DNA of 64,000 nucleotides from an uncultured Clostridia bacterium (GCA_944392805.1 CALXXZ010000006.1:21587-85586), one strand, 5' to 3'; numbered from the stretch's first letter, positions 48,276 through 57,777 are shown. The notes: generated from the letters alone by a model not told the origin. Program-made: numbers and translations.

Positions 48276-48283
48276 ATTTATAC

Positions 48284-48676
48284 TTATAAGACCGCCAATA
48301 GGTTATTATTAGTTTCAAAAATATCAAATTTTACATCTAAACAAAACGAACCCCATGGTTCTTCAAGCCATCTCCATTTATTACATGGAAATTGAATAGT
48401 CAATGGTCCATAAACTTTTTGATATTTATCTGTTAATTCTCTGTATTCTTTACTATATTTTCTATGCAAGCATAAAGCTTTTTCATCTTCAGGATGAGTG
48501 TCTAGATATAAAGCCAATTCGGTAATAGCAAAATTCAAGCATTTTATTCTTTCCATCATTTCTTCTCTAGTTTGATCATAATTGCAATCATTATTTGGCA
48601 TAGGATTATTAGTCATATACATTGAATAATTATTATTCATCATACAATTGCAATTTCTATTATCCATTTCGTTCAT
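48284..48676 (-). CDS. cotJB: Spore coat protein CotJB
   Basis: 130 aa. FAITELALYLDTHPEDEKALCLHRKYSKEYRELTDKYQKVYGPLT matches the CotJB domain (..L.LYLDTHP.D..AL..Y.....EL...Y...YGPL). An Asn/Met-rich N-terminal extension is present. Confidence 0.75.
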   Translation of the reverse strand: MNEMDNRNCNCMMNNNYSMYMTNNPMPNNDCNYDQTREEMMERIKCLNFAITELALYLDTHPEDEKALCLHRKYSKEYRELTDKYQKVYGPLTIQFPCNKWRWLEEPWGSFCLDVKFDIFETNNNLLAVL

Positions 48677-49035
48677 TATCTATTACACCCCTCTCCTATT
48701 TTATTTGTTGCCGCTATGAATTCATTAGTTCTCATAGATTGACATGGTTCATATGGACTGACTAATTCTGGGAAAATCGTTCCCATTTTTAATCCAACAC
48801 ATGGTTTAAATGTTTTATCCATATATTGCATTGGTACATAACTTTGTGCTAACATTGGATTTTCTGGGAATACACTCATTTCGTATTCTTCGTCAAATCC
48901 ACATTCACATTTGTCGTTATTACATTCTTCATATGCACATGGACATACATTATCACACTTATCTTCAATTAAATTCATATTTGAATTTTGTGTATTATTC
49001 ATGCAATAGCATTTTTTGTATCTGCGTCTTAACAT
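48676..49035 (-). CDS. cotJA: Spore coat-associated protein CotJA
   Basis: 119 aa. The C-terminal MLAQSYVPMQYMDKTFKPCVGLKMGTIFPELVSPYEP matches the CotJA signature (LA.AYVPWQ....Y....AL..GT.FPEL..PY). A possible sigma-E/K-type promoter (AC-N17-CATATAAT) lies ~30 nt upstream of the ribosome-binding site. Confidence 0.65.
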   Translation of the reverse strand: MLRRRYKKCYCMNNTQNSNMNLIEDKCDNVCPCAYEECNNDKCECGFDEEYEMSVFPENPMLAQSYVPMQYMDKTFKPCVGLKMGTIFPELVSPYEPCQSMRTNEFIAATNKIGEGCNR

Positions 49036-49128
49036 TTTTGTTCCTCCTTTTTTTATTTTACTACATTATATGACAGAATTATTAAAAGAGTTAACATTTT
49101 CAAACGCTAACTCTTTTTAAGTAAATAT

Positions 49129-49425
49129 TTATTTAAATCTTTCTATTATTAAATTAAAACTATTAACCATTAATCTATATAAATTATAAAATAACCATAT
49201 AGTAAAAATTCCTAAAACTATTTTTAAAATTATATTTAGAACATCTGCAAAATCTAATTTTTTCTTTTTATCATTTTTTGTTTTTTCATTAAGTTCTTCT
49301 AAATTTTTGGTTATATCTCTTCCTTTATATCTTTCTAATCTTTTATCATCTGCTTCTTTTACATATCTTTCGATTTCTTCCCATTCTTCTTTATTTCCCA
49401 TTTGTATCTCCCCTTTTAGTAACAT
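49129..49425 (-). CDS. Small protein with charged coiled N-terminal region and C-terminal transmembrane helix, unknown function
   Basis: 98-aa ORF. Hydrophobic segment ILKIVLGIFTIWLFYNLY. No recognised motif. Confidence 0.3.
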   Translation of the reverse strand: MLLKGEIQMGNKEEWEEIERYVKEADDKRLERYKGRDITKNLEELNEKTKNDKKKKLDFADVLNIILKIVLGIFTIWLFYNLYRLMVNSFNLIIERFK

Positions 49426-49487
49426 TTATATCATATTTTTCAAAAAAAAGAAAGCTTAAATTTTTACATTTAAACTTTCTTTTTAAT

Positions 49488-51044
49488 TTATTTTAAATTA
49501 ATAATTAATGGGTCCATTTCATAATATATTTCTCCCCCAGTATCTTCTTGACCTTCAATCGGATTTCTAACTGTTTCTATTGGTACTATTTTTATATAAT
49601 CTGTATCAGTATTTTCTATAAGTAAATATTCTATAGTTTCCCATATGGCATTATTATATTTTTTATTAGGCAAATCATGTATATCATAATCTTCTCTTGT
49701 TCCGTCACTATATATTAGTGTTTTCTTGTTACTTGTACCAAAACAAGATAATTCTTTACCATTTGCATCATATACCTTATATTGTCTTGTTATTGGCAAA
49801 TGTTCTACATTAGGGTCTGCATATCTATTTGCAAAAGCATTAGATGATTGCTTACTTGCTGAATGATTTATCTTTACAATTGTCTGTATTGGTGAAATTA
49901 CAACCTTTTCTACTTTTTGTGTTATATTTCTAAATTCTGATTTTATTTCTGGATCTTCTATTACTTTACTGTCATTTAAAACTAAATCCTTAGATACATT
50001 TACTTCAAAATCTAATGGTAAATCTTTTACGTACTTTTCAGGTAAATACATATTGCTACTATCCTCTCTTGCAAACCACTGACAATCACTTAACCAATTA
50101 TCGCCTAAACCTTGCCATGCTGGCATATTTATCAATTTATTATTTTTTAATGTAATTTTAAAGTTTTCTTTACCTTTTAATTCATCATCTGTTAATGAAT
50201 ACATATTATAAATTTTATATTCGTAATCACTTATTTTTTCGACTTTTTGCCAATTTCTAACATAAAATGGTTCATCATCTATGTATATGCTTGCATACCA
50301 AGTAGTGTTTGGGTTAAATTTGTCATAATTATATACTCCACCTTTTTGCTCTGTGTTTAGTGCTAGACCTATTCTAAATCCGGTGCTTTTCCTTTCTTCT
50401 AATTGCTTATCATACATTTTTATTTTTTCTAAATATTCTTGATAATATTTAGAATTTTTTATTTCTTCTTCTGTTACTTCTATCTGGTCTAATATATTAT
50501 TTATTTCTTCATCAGTTTCATTTGTGAAATATCTTCCATATTTATCTGATTGAATCCTTTTTATCATTTTTTGTTTAGCTTTTTCCTTATCCTCTTGAAT
50601 TTGGTTATAAAATTCTTCTGTGTAAGCAGTTTCTCCAAGTCTTAGATTATTATAATCTTCTTGACTTAGTTTGACATTAAATTCTAAAATTGTTATTCCT
50701 TCACTACACATTGTAGAGGTTAATTCTACACTCGTATCTCCAAATGCAACAACTTGATTTTCTACTGGTTGTTTATATTCTATATATTTATCTGAAAATT
50801 TTATACCTAGCCAATCCATAGCAGGAATGCCCTCAATTTTCCCACCTGATACTGCATATACACTAAAAGTTCCTATTAATGTTGTTATAGTTGATATTAT
50901 GACTATAATAGCTTGTTTTATATAATTTTTTAACTTATGCTTTTTATTTATATATAAAGCTTTTTTTATGGTTCTTTCATAAGTATATGGCTCTTCTATT
51001 TCTTTAGATAACGCACTTTTTATCATTTTATCTAATACATCCAT
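49488..51044 (-). CDS. Putative anti-sigma factor / membrane-anchored extracytoplasmic protein, partner of sigma paralog 3
   Basis: 518 aa. N-terminal short cytoplasmic segment, transmembrane helix AIIVIISTITTLIGTFSVYAV, and a large outside domain. Its start lies 2 nt after the sigma gene stop. Confidence 0.4.
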   Translation of the reverse strand: MDVLDKMIKSALSKEIEEPYTYERTIKKALYINKKHKLKNYIKQAIIVIISTITTLIGTFSVYAVSGGKIEGIPAMDWLGIKFSDKYIEYKQPVENQVVAFGDTSVELTSTMCSEGITILEFNVKLSQEDYNNLRLGETAYTEEFYNQIQEDKEKAKQKMIKRIQSDKYGRYFTNETDEEINNILDQIEVTEEEIKNSKYYQEYLEKIKMYDKQLEERKSTGFRIGLALNTEQKGGVYNYDKFNPNTTWYASIYIDDEPFYVRNWQKVEKISDYEYKIYNMYSLTDDELKGKENFKITLKNNKLINMPAWQGLGDNWLSDCQWFAREDSSNMYLPEKYVKDLPLDFEVNVSKDLVLNDSKVIEDPEIKSEFRNITQKVEKVVISPIQTIVKINHSASKQSSNAFANRYADPNVEHLPITRQYKVYDANGKELSCFGTSNKKTLIYSDGTREDYDIHDLPNKKYNNAIWETIEYLLIENTDTDYIKIVPIETVRNPIEGQEDTGGEIYYEMDPLIINLK

Positions 51045-51045
51045 A

Positions 51046-51567
51046 TTATTGATTTCCTTTCAAATATTTATTTTTTATTTTATCTTTGCCTCGTTTTAAT
51101 CTTGTTTTTATGGTGTTTTCATTTGTTTTTAATATTTTTGATATTTCTTTTATTGAATAATCTTCTAAGTAAAATAATGTTATTGCTATTCTTTCATCAT
51201 AATTCAAGTCTCTTAAAATTAGATAAAAATCGACATTATCTAATTCTTCATAATTTTCATTTTGAGAATATATATTCTCTAGTTCAGTATCTTCAAAAGA
51301 AATATTCCTTTTTTTATTTTTATTAAAAATTTGATTGCATTTATTTATTAATATTTTTATAATCCATTTTTTATAGGATTCACTTTTGTTTAGTTTTCTT
51401 ATATTTTTAAATGCAATTATCATTGTCTCCTGAACAGCATCTTCTATGTCGTCTTCACAAGATAAACGGCATCTGGCTATTTTATATAAATCTTGTCTTA
51501 TTTCATATATTAATTCTGTAAATGCTTCTTTATCACCTTTTTGGGCTTTTATGACTAGTTCTTCCAT
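51046..51567 (-). CDS. ECF-type sigma-70 family sigma factor (paralog 3 of 3)
   Basis: 173 aa. MEELVIKAQKGDKEAFTELI...EDDIEDAVQETMIIAFKNI...WIIKILINKCN...ISKILKTNENTIKTRLKRGKDKI. GGAGGA ribosome-binding site. Confidence 0.7.
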   Translation of the reverse strand: MEELVIKAQKGDKEAFTELIYEIRQDLYKIARCRLSCEDDIEDAVQETMIIAFKNIRKLNKSESYKKWIIKILINKCNQIFNKNKKRNISFEDTELENIYSQNENYEELDNVDFYLILRDLNYDERIAITLFYLEDYSIKEISKILKTNENTIKTRLKRGKDKIKNKYLKGNQ

Positions 51568-51960
51568 ATTTTCCTCCGTATAATATGCACATATCTTACA
51601 CTTATAAGAGTATAGATATTATTAAAAAAGTTTCATTTATAAAAAAATATGATGTAGATTATGATATTTTAAAATATTTAAAATTATGTTTGATTCATGA
51701 ATTTAGCGAAGTTTATGCTAGTGATATTACATCTAAAGATAATATTTTAAAATAAGAAAAACATTTGTTAGAAGAATCTGCTATAAAGAAATTATTAAAA
51801 TAAACTAATTAAAATGCCATAAAAAATAATACTCAATGCAAAAAATACATTGAATACTATTTTTTATCCTGTTATAATTCTTAAATCTCCAACTTCTAAT
51901 TTTCCTCTTAATTTATTATTTTTCTTAAATATTGTATAACATTATTACAATAAATTCATA

Positions 51961-52500
51961 TTATTTTACAATATACTCCCATCCTGGTTGCCATGATTTT
52001 GTTTTTCTCCAATCATGTTCTATAACATATTCCCAACTTTTGTTTTCAGTTATGACCTGAAATGCTAATTGAGGAGCTTTGTGTGCAACTATTGCAATAT
52101 GTTTTCCATCATAGTTTTGTAATAAAGATTCACAGAAACTTCTAATTCTATTTTCAACATCGATTAGACTTTCTCCATTTGGAAATTTTTCTTGTATATG
52201 TTCTTCATATTTTACTAATGATGACTCTAGTCCATTTAAATCTCCATAATTACATTCTCGTAATCTACTATCTTTTATTATTTCTTTATTATTTTCAAAT
52301 ATATTTTTAGTTGAGTCAATCGCTCTTTTTAAATCTGAACAAAATACTATATCAAATTCATTTATATTTATTTGCTCTTTTAATGCAATACTTTGTTCAA
52401 TTCCTTTTTGTGATAATTCTCCTGGTAACCATCCTGTTGATTTGTGTTCTAAATTATCTATTGTTGTTCCATGCACAAAATATGTTATTTTTACTGCCAT
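51961..52500 (-). CDS. Histidine-phosphatase superfamily protein (PGM-like); the catalytic-loop Arg is replaced (VHG instead of RHG)
   Basis: 179 aa. KITYFVHGTT at the position of the RHG motif. ...LKRAIDST... Last gene of the nine-gene operon. Confidence 0.6.
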   Translation of the reverse strand: MAVKITYFVHGTTIDNLEHKSTGWLPGELSQKGIEQSIALKEQININEFDIVFCSDLKRAIDSTKNIFENNKEIIKDSRLRECNYGDLNGLESSLVKYEEHIQEKFPNGESLIDVENRIRSFCESLLQNYDGKHIAIVAHKAPQLAFQVITENKSWEYVIEHDWRKTKSWQPGWEYIVK

Positions 52501-52517
52501 TTTTAATTCCCTACTTT

Positions 52518-53411
52518 CTAAAATTTATCTACTGGATATACTGTAACATATTCTTCAGTTGCATTTTCTTGATAATATATCCAATCAGAACAATCCTTGC
52601 ATGCTCCTTTATATATATGGTTTCGCAAATCAGAAATTAATTGATCTAATTTTCCATTTTCAACTAGTTTTTTTACAGAATAGTCATAATCTCTTAAATT
52701 TCCTAAAGAATTTCTGGCTAGAAAATCACAACAACAAGTTACAACTTCACAATTACTAAGAATTATTATATTACGTTTTAATCCTTTACACTCTCCTCTT
52801 TCATATGTACTAAGGTCTCTATTTTTAGGATTTATATCCATCTCAATGCTATGTGCTCTATTAGTAAAATTATGAAAAGCAACATTAATACCAAGATTGT
52901 GAAAATATTTGATAAACTCATTTCTATCTAAATTAGCCCCTGTATCTATCATAACAGCTTGAAGTTCAGTTTTAGCATGTGTTTTATCAACATACTTTTT
53001 CAAATTATTCAAATTATTTAAAACATTAGATAAATTGTCTACTCCTCTTATTTGTTTATATACTGTTGGATTTAAAGTTCCAACTGATACAACAATATAA
53101 TTCATACCTGAATCTACAATTTTTTCAATATTTTCTTCATTGAGTAATGCACCATTGGTTGAGATTCTAGTCTTAAGTCCTTTACTATGCATGTATTTTA
53201 CTCTATCGAAAAAGTAAGGATCTACTAGTGGCTCTCCATTAAGATCAAGCCAAATTGGCTTTTTGTGAAATAAATCAATATTTCTATCAACTATTTTATA
53301 AAACTCCTCCATATCCATATGACAATTTCTTGTTCTTTTAACACATATTGGACAAGAATAATTACATTTACTTGTAGTTTCTATATATTTTATAACTATT
53401 TCTTCACTCAT
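52518..53411 (-). CDS. Radical SAM enzyme with C-terminal Cys-rich auxiliary-cluster (twitch/SPASM-like) domain
   Basis: 297 aa. CNYSCPIC (CX3CX2C), the LDLNGEPLV glycine-rich SAM motif, and C-terminal CEVVTCCCDF...GACKDCSDW. Confidence 0.8.
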   Translation of the reverse strand: MSEEIVIKYIETTSKCNYSCPICVKRTRNCHMDMEEFYKIVDRNIDLFHKKPIWLDLNGEPLVDPYFFDRVKYMHSKGLKTRISTNGALLNEENIEKIVDSGMNYIVVSVGTLNPTVYKQIRGVDNLSNVLNNLNNLKKYVDKTHAKTELQAVMIDTGANLDRNEFIKYFHNLGINVAFHNFTNRAHSIEMDINPKNRDLSTYERGECKGLKRNIIILSNCEVVTCCCDFLARNSLGNLRDYDYSVKKLVENGKLDQLISDLRNHIYKGACKDCSDWIYYQENATEEYVTVYPVDKF

Positions 53412-53414
53412 TCT

Positions 53415-54107
53415 TTACTCCTTTATTAAGATATTTATATAATTTATTATTTCATTTATTGCATCTTTTCTACCTTCTTTTAATTTATTACGATCTGTAT
53501 CTGATAATTCCCAAAAATTAATTTTTTTTGGAATATCTGATATTAACAATAATGATACAAATCTATTATTGTTTTCTATTGCTGTTTTTGCACAATAAGT
53601 AGTTTCCATATCCACAACGTCGCAATTTTCTTTTCTTGCAAATTCACAATATTTCTTTTCAATTTTACCAAGTAAACATGGAGAATAACCACATTTTACT
53701 CTCTCTCTTTTTCCTGTCGTATTAATCTTTGTAATTTCACCATACTCATCCTCAGCTAATTCAACTTCTACCAAACTTCCAATTGTATATCTATTGTTTA
53801 AACTTCCAGCTAAACCAAAAAATAAAATATCAGTATTAGTGAATAATTCTATTATATCTTTTGCTGAAATTCCTTGTGGAGATAAGATTAACATTCCTCT
53901 TTTATTTTCTTTATGTAATTTAAAAATACAATTTTCAAAAAAACCATTATCATGTTCTTCTTCAATATCTAAAATTTCACTTAATTTATAAAATGTTGAT
54001 GGCAATGGTGTAATAACTATTATAGCTATATTAATAGGATTATGTCCCAACATAATTCTTCTAATTTCATTTATTTTATCTTTCATTTTAATATTTCTCA
54101 ACTCCAT
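53415..54107 (-). CDS. PNP/UDP-phosphorylase-family nucleosidase (MTA/SAH nucleosidase- or futalosine hydrolase-like)
   Basis: 230 aa. MLILSPQGISAKD...LFFGLAGSL and VVDMETTYCAKTA...VSLLLISDIP align with Pfs motifs (SAGG...AVEMEA...VVRAISD). Confidence 0.55.
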   Translation of the reverse strand: MELRNIKMKDKINEIRRIMLGHNPINIAIIVITPLPSTFYKLSEILDIEEEHDNGFFENCIFKLHKENKRGMLILSPQGISAKDIIELFTNTDILFFGLAGSLNNRYTIGSLVEVELAEDEYGEITKINTTGKRERVKCGYSPCLLGKIEKKYCEFARKENCDVVDMETTYCAKTAIENNNRFVSLLLISDIPKKINFWELSDTDRNKLKEGRKDAINEIINYINILIKE

Positions 54108-55285
54108 AATAATTTATTGATTATGTCAGGTTCTATTAGTCCATTTGGAACGCTGATTTCCTGATTTTTAAATTTCTCAACCACATTATTTATAGCCATC
54201 TTTACAAGTGGAGGTGTAATAATACATTCTCTTTTATCAGTTAAACAATTAAATCTTTTCATTCCATCAAAAGGACATCCTCCACCACAACATGCTAATG
54301 CTATGCATTTTGAACAATCAGATTTAGTGTCTTTTGCCAATTCTATTGGTGAATTTTTATCAAGTAGTTCATTGGTAACACGTAATTTTAAATCATCTTT
54401 TTCATTATCAATTTTTGAACATCTTATAATTGATTTATCAGGTAAAATTGTTGTCTGCGTGGTATGTAATCCACATGAGAATTTTTTAACTTTTCCTTCA
54501 CACAATGGGTTTAATCTCCATTTTAATTGAGGGATTTCTGCTTTTATTCTTTTTCGGTTTTTGTAAAGGTCTAACAATACATCTCTAAATTCTTCTGCTA
54601 ACCCATTATTTTTATAACCTGGTGTCCAATGTGGAAGATTATATCCAATTCTTATTGGTGAATATTTTTCATCTAATTTAAAAATCATATCTGCTGCTCT
54701 ATTAACTGTTTCTGGAGTGGCAACCATAAAAATACCAAATTTAACATTATATTCTTTCAATAAATTTATTCCTTTTATAATATCTGGATACATAAATTCT
54801 TTATTTGTATATACCCTATTAACATTATCTTCAAATTCTGGGCCATCCAGCGAAATATATACTTTAACATTCGATTCTGAAAACTTTTTAGCCATTTCTT
54901 TTGTTATTAATGTTCCATTTGTTGAAAAACTAATTTTTCCATTAAAATTATCTATTATGTAAGATATTTCATCAAAGTGAAGTAAAGGTTCTCCTCCAAT
55001 AATAAAAATCTTCTTTATATTCTTAAACCACTCTTGACTGACAAGATATTTCCAAAATTCTTTAACATCCAGAATTTCTGCTTTTTCTACATTATTTCCA
55101 TATACTAAACAATATTTACATCTTCCGTTACATAAATGAGAGATTTCTAATCTTAATTTTACTAATGAATCACTATAATAATCAGCTATTATTTCAGGGT
55201 TAGAATCATTAAAAGAAAATCTATTATACTCTGGAAAAAAATAAAGTTTATTCTTTCCGTCTAAATCATATTCCACTTTTTTCAT
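54098..55285 (-). CDS. Radical SAM / SPASM-domain enzyme (anSME / peptide- or cyclitol-modifying maturase class)
   Basis: 395 aa. CNGRCKYC radical-SAM cluster motif, IIGGEPLL, and a full SPASM motif CSKCIALACCGGGCP plus upstream Cys pairs. Confidence 0.85.
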   Translation of the reverse strand: MKKVEYDLDGKNKLYFFPEYNRFSFNDSNPEIIADYYSDSLVKLRLEISHLCNGRCKYCLVYGNNVEKAEILDVKEFWKYLVSQEWFKNIKKIFIIGGEPLLHFDEISYIIDNFNGKISFSTNGTLITKEMAKKFSESNVKVYISLDGPEFEDNVNRVYTNKEFMYPDIIKGINLLKEYNVKFGIFMVATPETVNRAADMIFKLDEKYSPIRIGYNLPHWTPGYKNNGLAEEFRDVLLDLYKNRKRIKAEIPQLKWRLNPLCEGKVKKFSCGLHTTQTTILPDKSIIRCSKIDNEKDDLKLRVTNELLDKNSPIELAKDTKSDCSKCIALACCGGGCPFDGMKRFNCLTDKRECIITPPLVKMAINNVVEKFKNQEISVPNGLIEPDIINKLLWS

Positions 55286-56033
55286 TACAATTCCTTCCTT
55301 TCTTTTTATTTACATCTAAGACAACTCCGCTATCCATAAGAATTGTTTGGCCTGTAATCTTATTATCTTCTTCTATTAGATATTTAACTAATTTATATAC
55401 ATCATATGGATTAATAATGCCAAATGGCATATTTTTATCTGTGGTTTCCATCATTTTTTTTATAACATTTTCATCTTTTTTGTATCTTTTTAAAAAATTA
55501 GTTTTTACAGATGCTAAAGCTATAGTATTAACTCTAACCTTTGAATCCATAAGTTCAAGTGCTAGAATTTTAGAAAACATTTCTATAGCAGCTTTAGTAA
55601 CTGCATATGGTGCACTTTTTATTTGAGGTAAAACAACTTGTTCAGAACTCAAATTAATAATATTACCGTTTGATGATTTTTTTAATAATGGTATTGAATA
55701 CTTTGTTATCAAAAATGTTCCTGTTAAATTTACATCAATAACGTTCTGCCATTCTGTTTTTGAAAGATTTTCTATTAAATTTCTTTCACTATAACAAAAT
55801 ATTCCCGCTGAATTTACTAAACAATCAATATGACCTGCTTTTTCATTTATTTTGTTAAATATCTCTATTATTTTTTCTTCATTTCTAACATCACATTGAA
55901 AAAAATCTATTTCATTATTTTTTGTTTTTTCCTCATCTATTCCAAAAACATGTATATTATCTTTTATAAAATTTTTTGCTATGCACTCTCCTATTCCAGA
56001 AGATACACCAGTTATTATCGCATACTTTTCCAT
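55266..56033 (-). CDS. Short-chain dehydrogenase/reductase (SDR) family oxidoreductase
   Basis: 255 aa. TGVSSGIG cofactor motif, NSAG, catalytic YAVTKAA (YxxxK). Confidence 0.85.
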   Translation of the reverse strand: MEKYAIITGVSSGIGECIAKNFIKDNIHVFGIDEEKTKNNEIDFFQCDVRNEEKIIEIFNKINEKAGHIDCLVNSAGIFCYSERNLIENLSKTEWQNVIDVNLTGTFLITKYSIPLLKKSSNGNIINLSSEQVVLPQIKSAPYAVTKAAIEMFSKILALELMDSKVRVNTIALASVKTNFLKRYKKDENVIKKMMETTDKNMPFGIINPYDVYKLVKYLIEEDNKITGQTILMDSGVVLDVNKKKGRNCNEKSGI

Positions 56034-56036
56034 AAT

Positions 56037-57038
56037 CTACCTTCTACTTTCTCTTAAAAAATCATTTAATGGGTCTTCTGATAAGAAGCTACCATTATAT
56101 ATATTAGCTAATGCAATACATCCACAATAGCCAAATTTATCTTTTCTATTTTTTTTACAATTATCAAAATCTTTAAATTTTTTTATACATTCACTAATAT
56201 TATTTTCAGGCCAATATGATGAAAATTCATTTTTCGTATCTATTTTAGCTATCCAAGAACATGGTGATACTTTTCCATTGACATCAATATGTATTAAATT
56301 CTTTCCACCAGGACAATCTAAGCTATTTTTATCTAATATATCAGTTCTTCTAAATCTTATTTCAAAGTCATCTTTTGCATATTTACTTATTAATTTTTCC
56401 ATTTTATCAAATATTTCTCCATGTCTATTAGCAGACACTTTAATTGTATCATCTGATTTTGCTCTTCCTTCAGGTATTAAGAATGCAAAATTAATTTTTG
56501 AAACTCCACAAGATTTTGCTAAGATAATCATATCTTCCAATTCTTCTACATTTTCTTTCCATATCATTGCACTTATTTTAGTTTTTACATTATTTTCTTT
56601 TAATAACTTAAAAACTTTTATACAATTATCATATGCTCCTTGAACACCTCTAAATTTATCATGAGTTTCTCCAATTCCATCAAGACTAATAGAAACCAAT
56701 TGAACTCCTTTTTTTATTGCATCTATATGTTTTGGAATTTCTAATCCATTAGTTGCAAGTGTCACTTTCATCCCCAAAGAATTAGCATACAAAATCACTT
56801 CATCTATATATGGATATAATAAAGGCTCACCTCCAGAAATATAAATTTTCTCTGTTTTATTTTCGTGAAGTTCTTCTATTAATTTTAATATATCCTCTCT
56901 TGAGAAACCTTTGTTAATATCTTTATCCTTAGATTTATTCATACAATGTTTACATTTCATATTGCAACAATTCGTTATTTCTATAAATGTTAAAAAATCC
57001 TCACTTTTCCTTTGTTTAAATACACATGGTGATACCAT
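56037..57038 (-). CDS. Radical SAM / SPASM-like enzyme
   Basis: CNMKCKHC cluster motif, ISGGEPLL, and C-terminal Cys-rich CPGG...GKVSPC...C.......C...GYCGC. The start was set at ATG 57038 (MVSPCVF) after GAAAGGAG. The track's longer ORF to 57089 overlaps the HAD gene and has no ribosome-binding site. Confidence 0.75.
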   Translation of the reverse strand: MVSPCVFKQRKSEDFLTFIEITNCCNMKCKHCMNKSKDKDINKGFSREDILKLIEELHENKTEKIYISGGEPLLYPYIDEVILYANSLGMKVTLATNGLEIPKHIDAIKKGVQLVSISLDGIGETHDKFRGVQGAYDNCIKVFKLLKENNVKTKISAMIWKENVEELEDMIILAKSCGVSKINFAFLIPEGRAKSDDTIKVSANRHGEIFDKMEKLISKYAKDDFEIRFRRTDILDKNSLDCPGGKNLIHIDVNGKVSPCSWIAKIDTKNEFSSYWPENNISECIKKFKDFDNCKKNRKDKFGYCGCIALANIYNGSFLSEDPLNDFLRESRR

Positions 57039-57039
57039 T

Positions 57040-57777
57040 TTAAATCTCCTTTCTTCTTTTATCTTTAAACAAGGTAAATAATTCTTCAAAGTCTTTCACA
57101 TTATAATCTGCAATTTCGTTTATTTTTTCTCTATCTTTATCAGAATATTTGTCGTAAATTGCTATAACATTAAGTTTTGCTCTTTTGGCTGCAACAACTC
57201 CCGATAGCGAATCTTCAATTACTAGACATTTCGACAAATCTTTAATATTAAATTTATTAATTATTTTATTGTAGACTTCTGGATTTGGTTTTTTTTGAAT
57301 AACATCATCTTTAGTAACAATTAAATCAAAATATTTTTGTAAATCACATTTTTTTCTTATGTTTTCATTTTCATAAAAATAAATATTTAATGATTGCCTA
57401 CTAGAAACTGTAGCTAATGCTAATTTTATTTTTTGTTCTTTTATCAATTTTATTATTATATCAGCACCTGGTTTATATTTTACATTCTTCAAAAATTTTC
57501 TTGATATCTTTCTACGAATTTCAAGTATTTCCTCTGCTAACAAATCTAAATTATATTTTTCTTTTAAATATTGACAATAATTGACATATATATCTCCATT
57601 TGTCTTAGTTTTTAAAATGTAATCTCTTTCTTGTATAATTTCATCTGCATTTTTCTTTTCTTTAAAAAAGCGAACCAATTCAATATCTATTTCATTATTT
57701 ACTCCATTGGAATCTATCAATGTTCCATCGAGATCAAAAATAATTAAATCCAAATCTTTTATTTTCTCTAAAAACAT
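57040..57777 (-). CDS. HAD-superfamily hydrolase (subfamily IA, phosphatase/beta-phosphoglucomutase-like)
   Basis: 245 aa. Motif I IIFDLDGTLIDS. Motif III/IV is K...ALATVSS...VIEDSLSGVVAAKRA. Confidence 0.8.
   Translation of the reverse strand: MFLEKIKDLDLIIFDLDGTLIDSNGVNNEIDIELVRFFKEKKNADEIIQERDYILKTKTNGDIYVNYCQYLKEKYNLDLLAEEILEIRRKISRKFLKNVKYKPGADIIIKLIKEQKIKLALATVSSRQSLNIYFYENENIRKKCDLQKYFDLIVTKDDVIQKKPNPEVYNKIINKFNIKDLSKCLVIEDSLSGVVAAKRAKLNVIAIYDKYSDKDREKINEIADYNVKDFEELFTLFKDKRRKEI

Noticed and set aside
51585-51755. 56-aa plus-strand ORF (MHISYTYKSIDIIKKVSFIKKYDVDYDILKYLK...) next to the radical-SAM operon, considered as a possible RiPP precursor peptide
   Set aside because: It is on the opposite strand to the operon and has no Shine-Dalgarno (the upstream TCCTCC is the reverse-strand ribosome-binding site of the sigma gene). 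It has no Cys/Ser/Thr-rich core or leader-like features. It lies in the promoter region of the sigma-3 gene.
57040-57089. Longer version of the radical SAM gene starting at ATG 57089 (MKNYLPCLKIKEERRFK...)
   Set aside because: The extension overlaps the 3' end of the HAD gene by 50 nt and lacks a ribosome-binding site. An internal ATG at 57038 has a strong GAAAGGAG 7 nt upstream and begins just before the CX3CX2C motif, so the shorter start was used.
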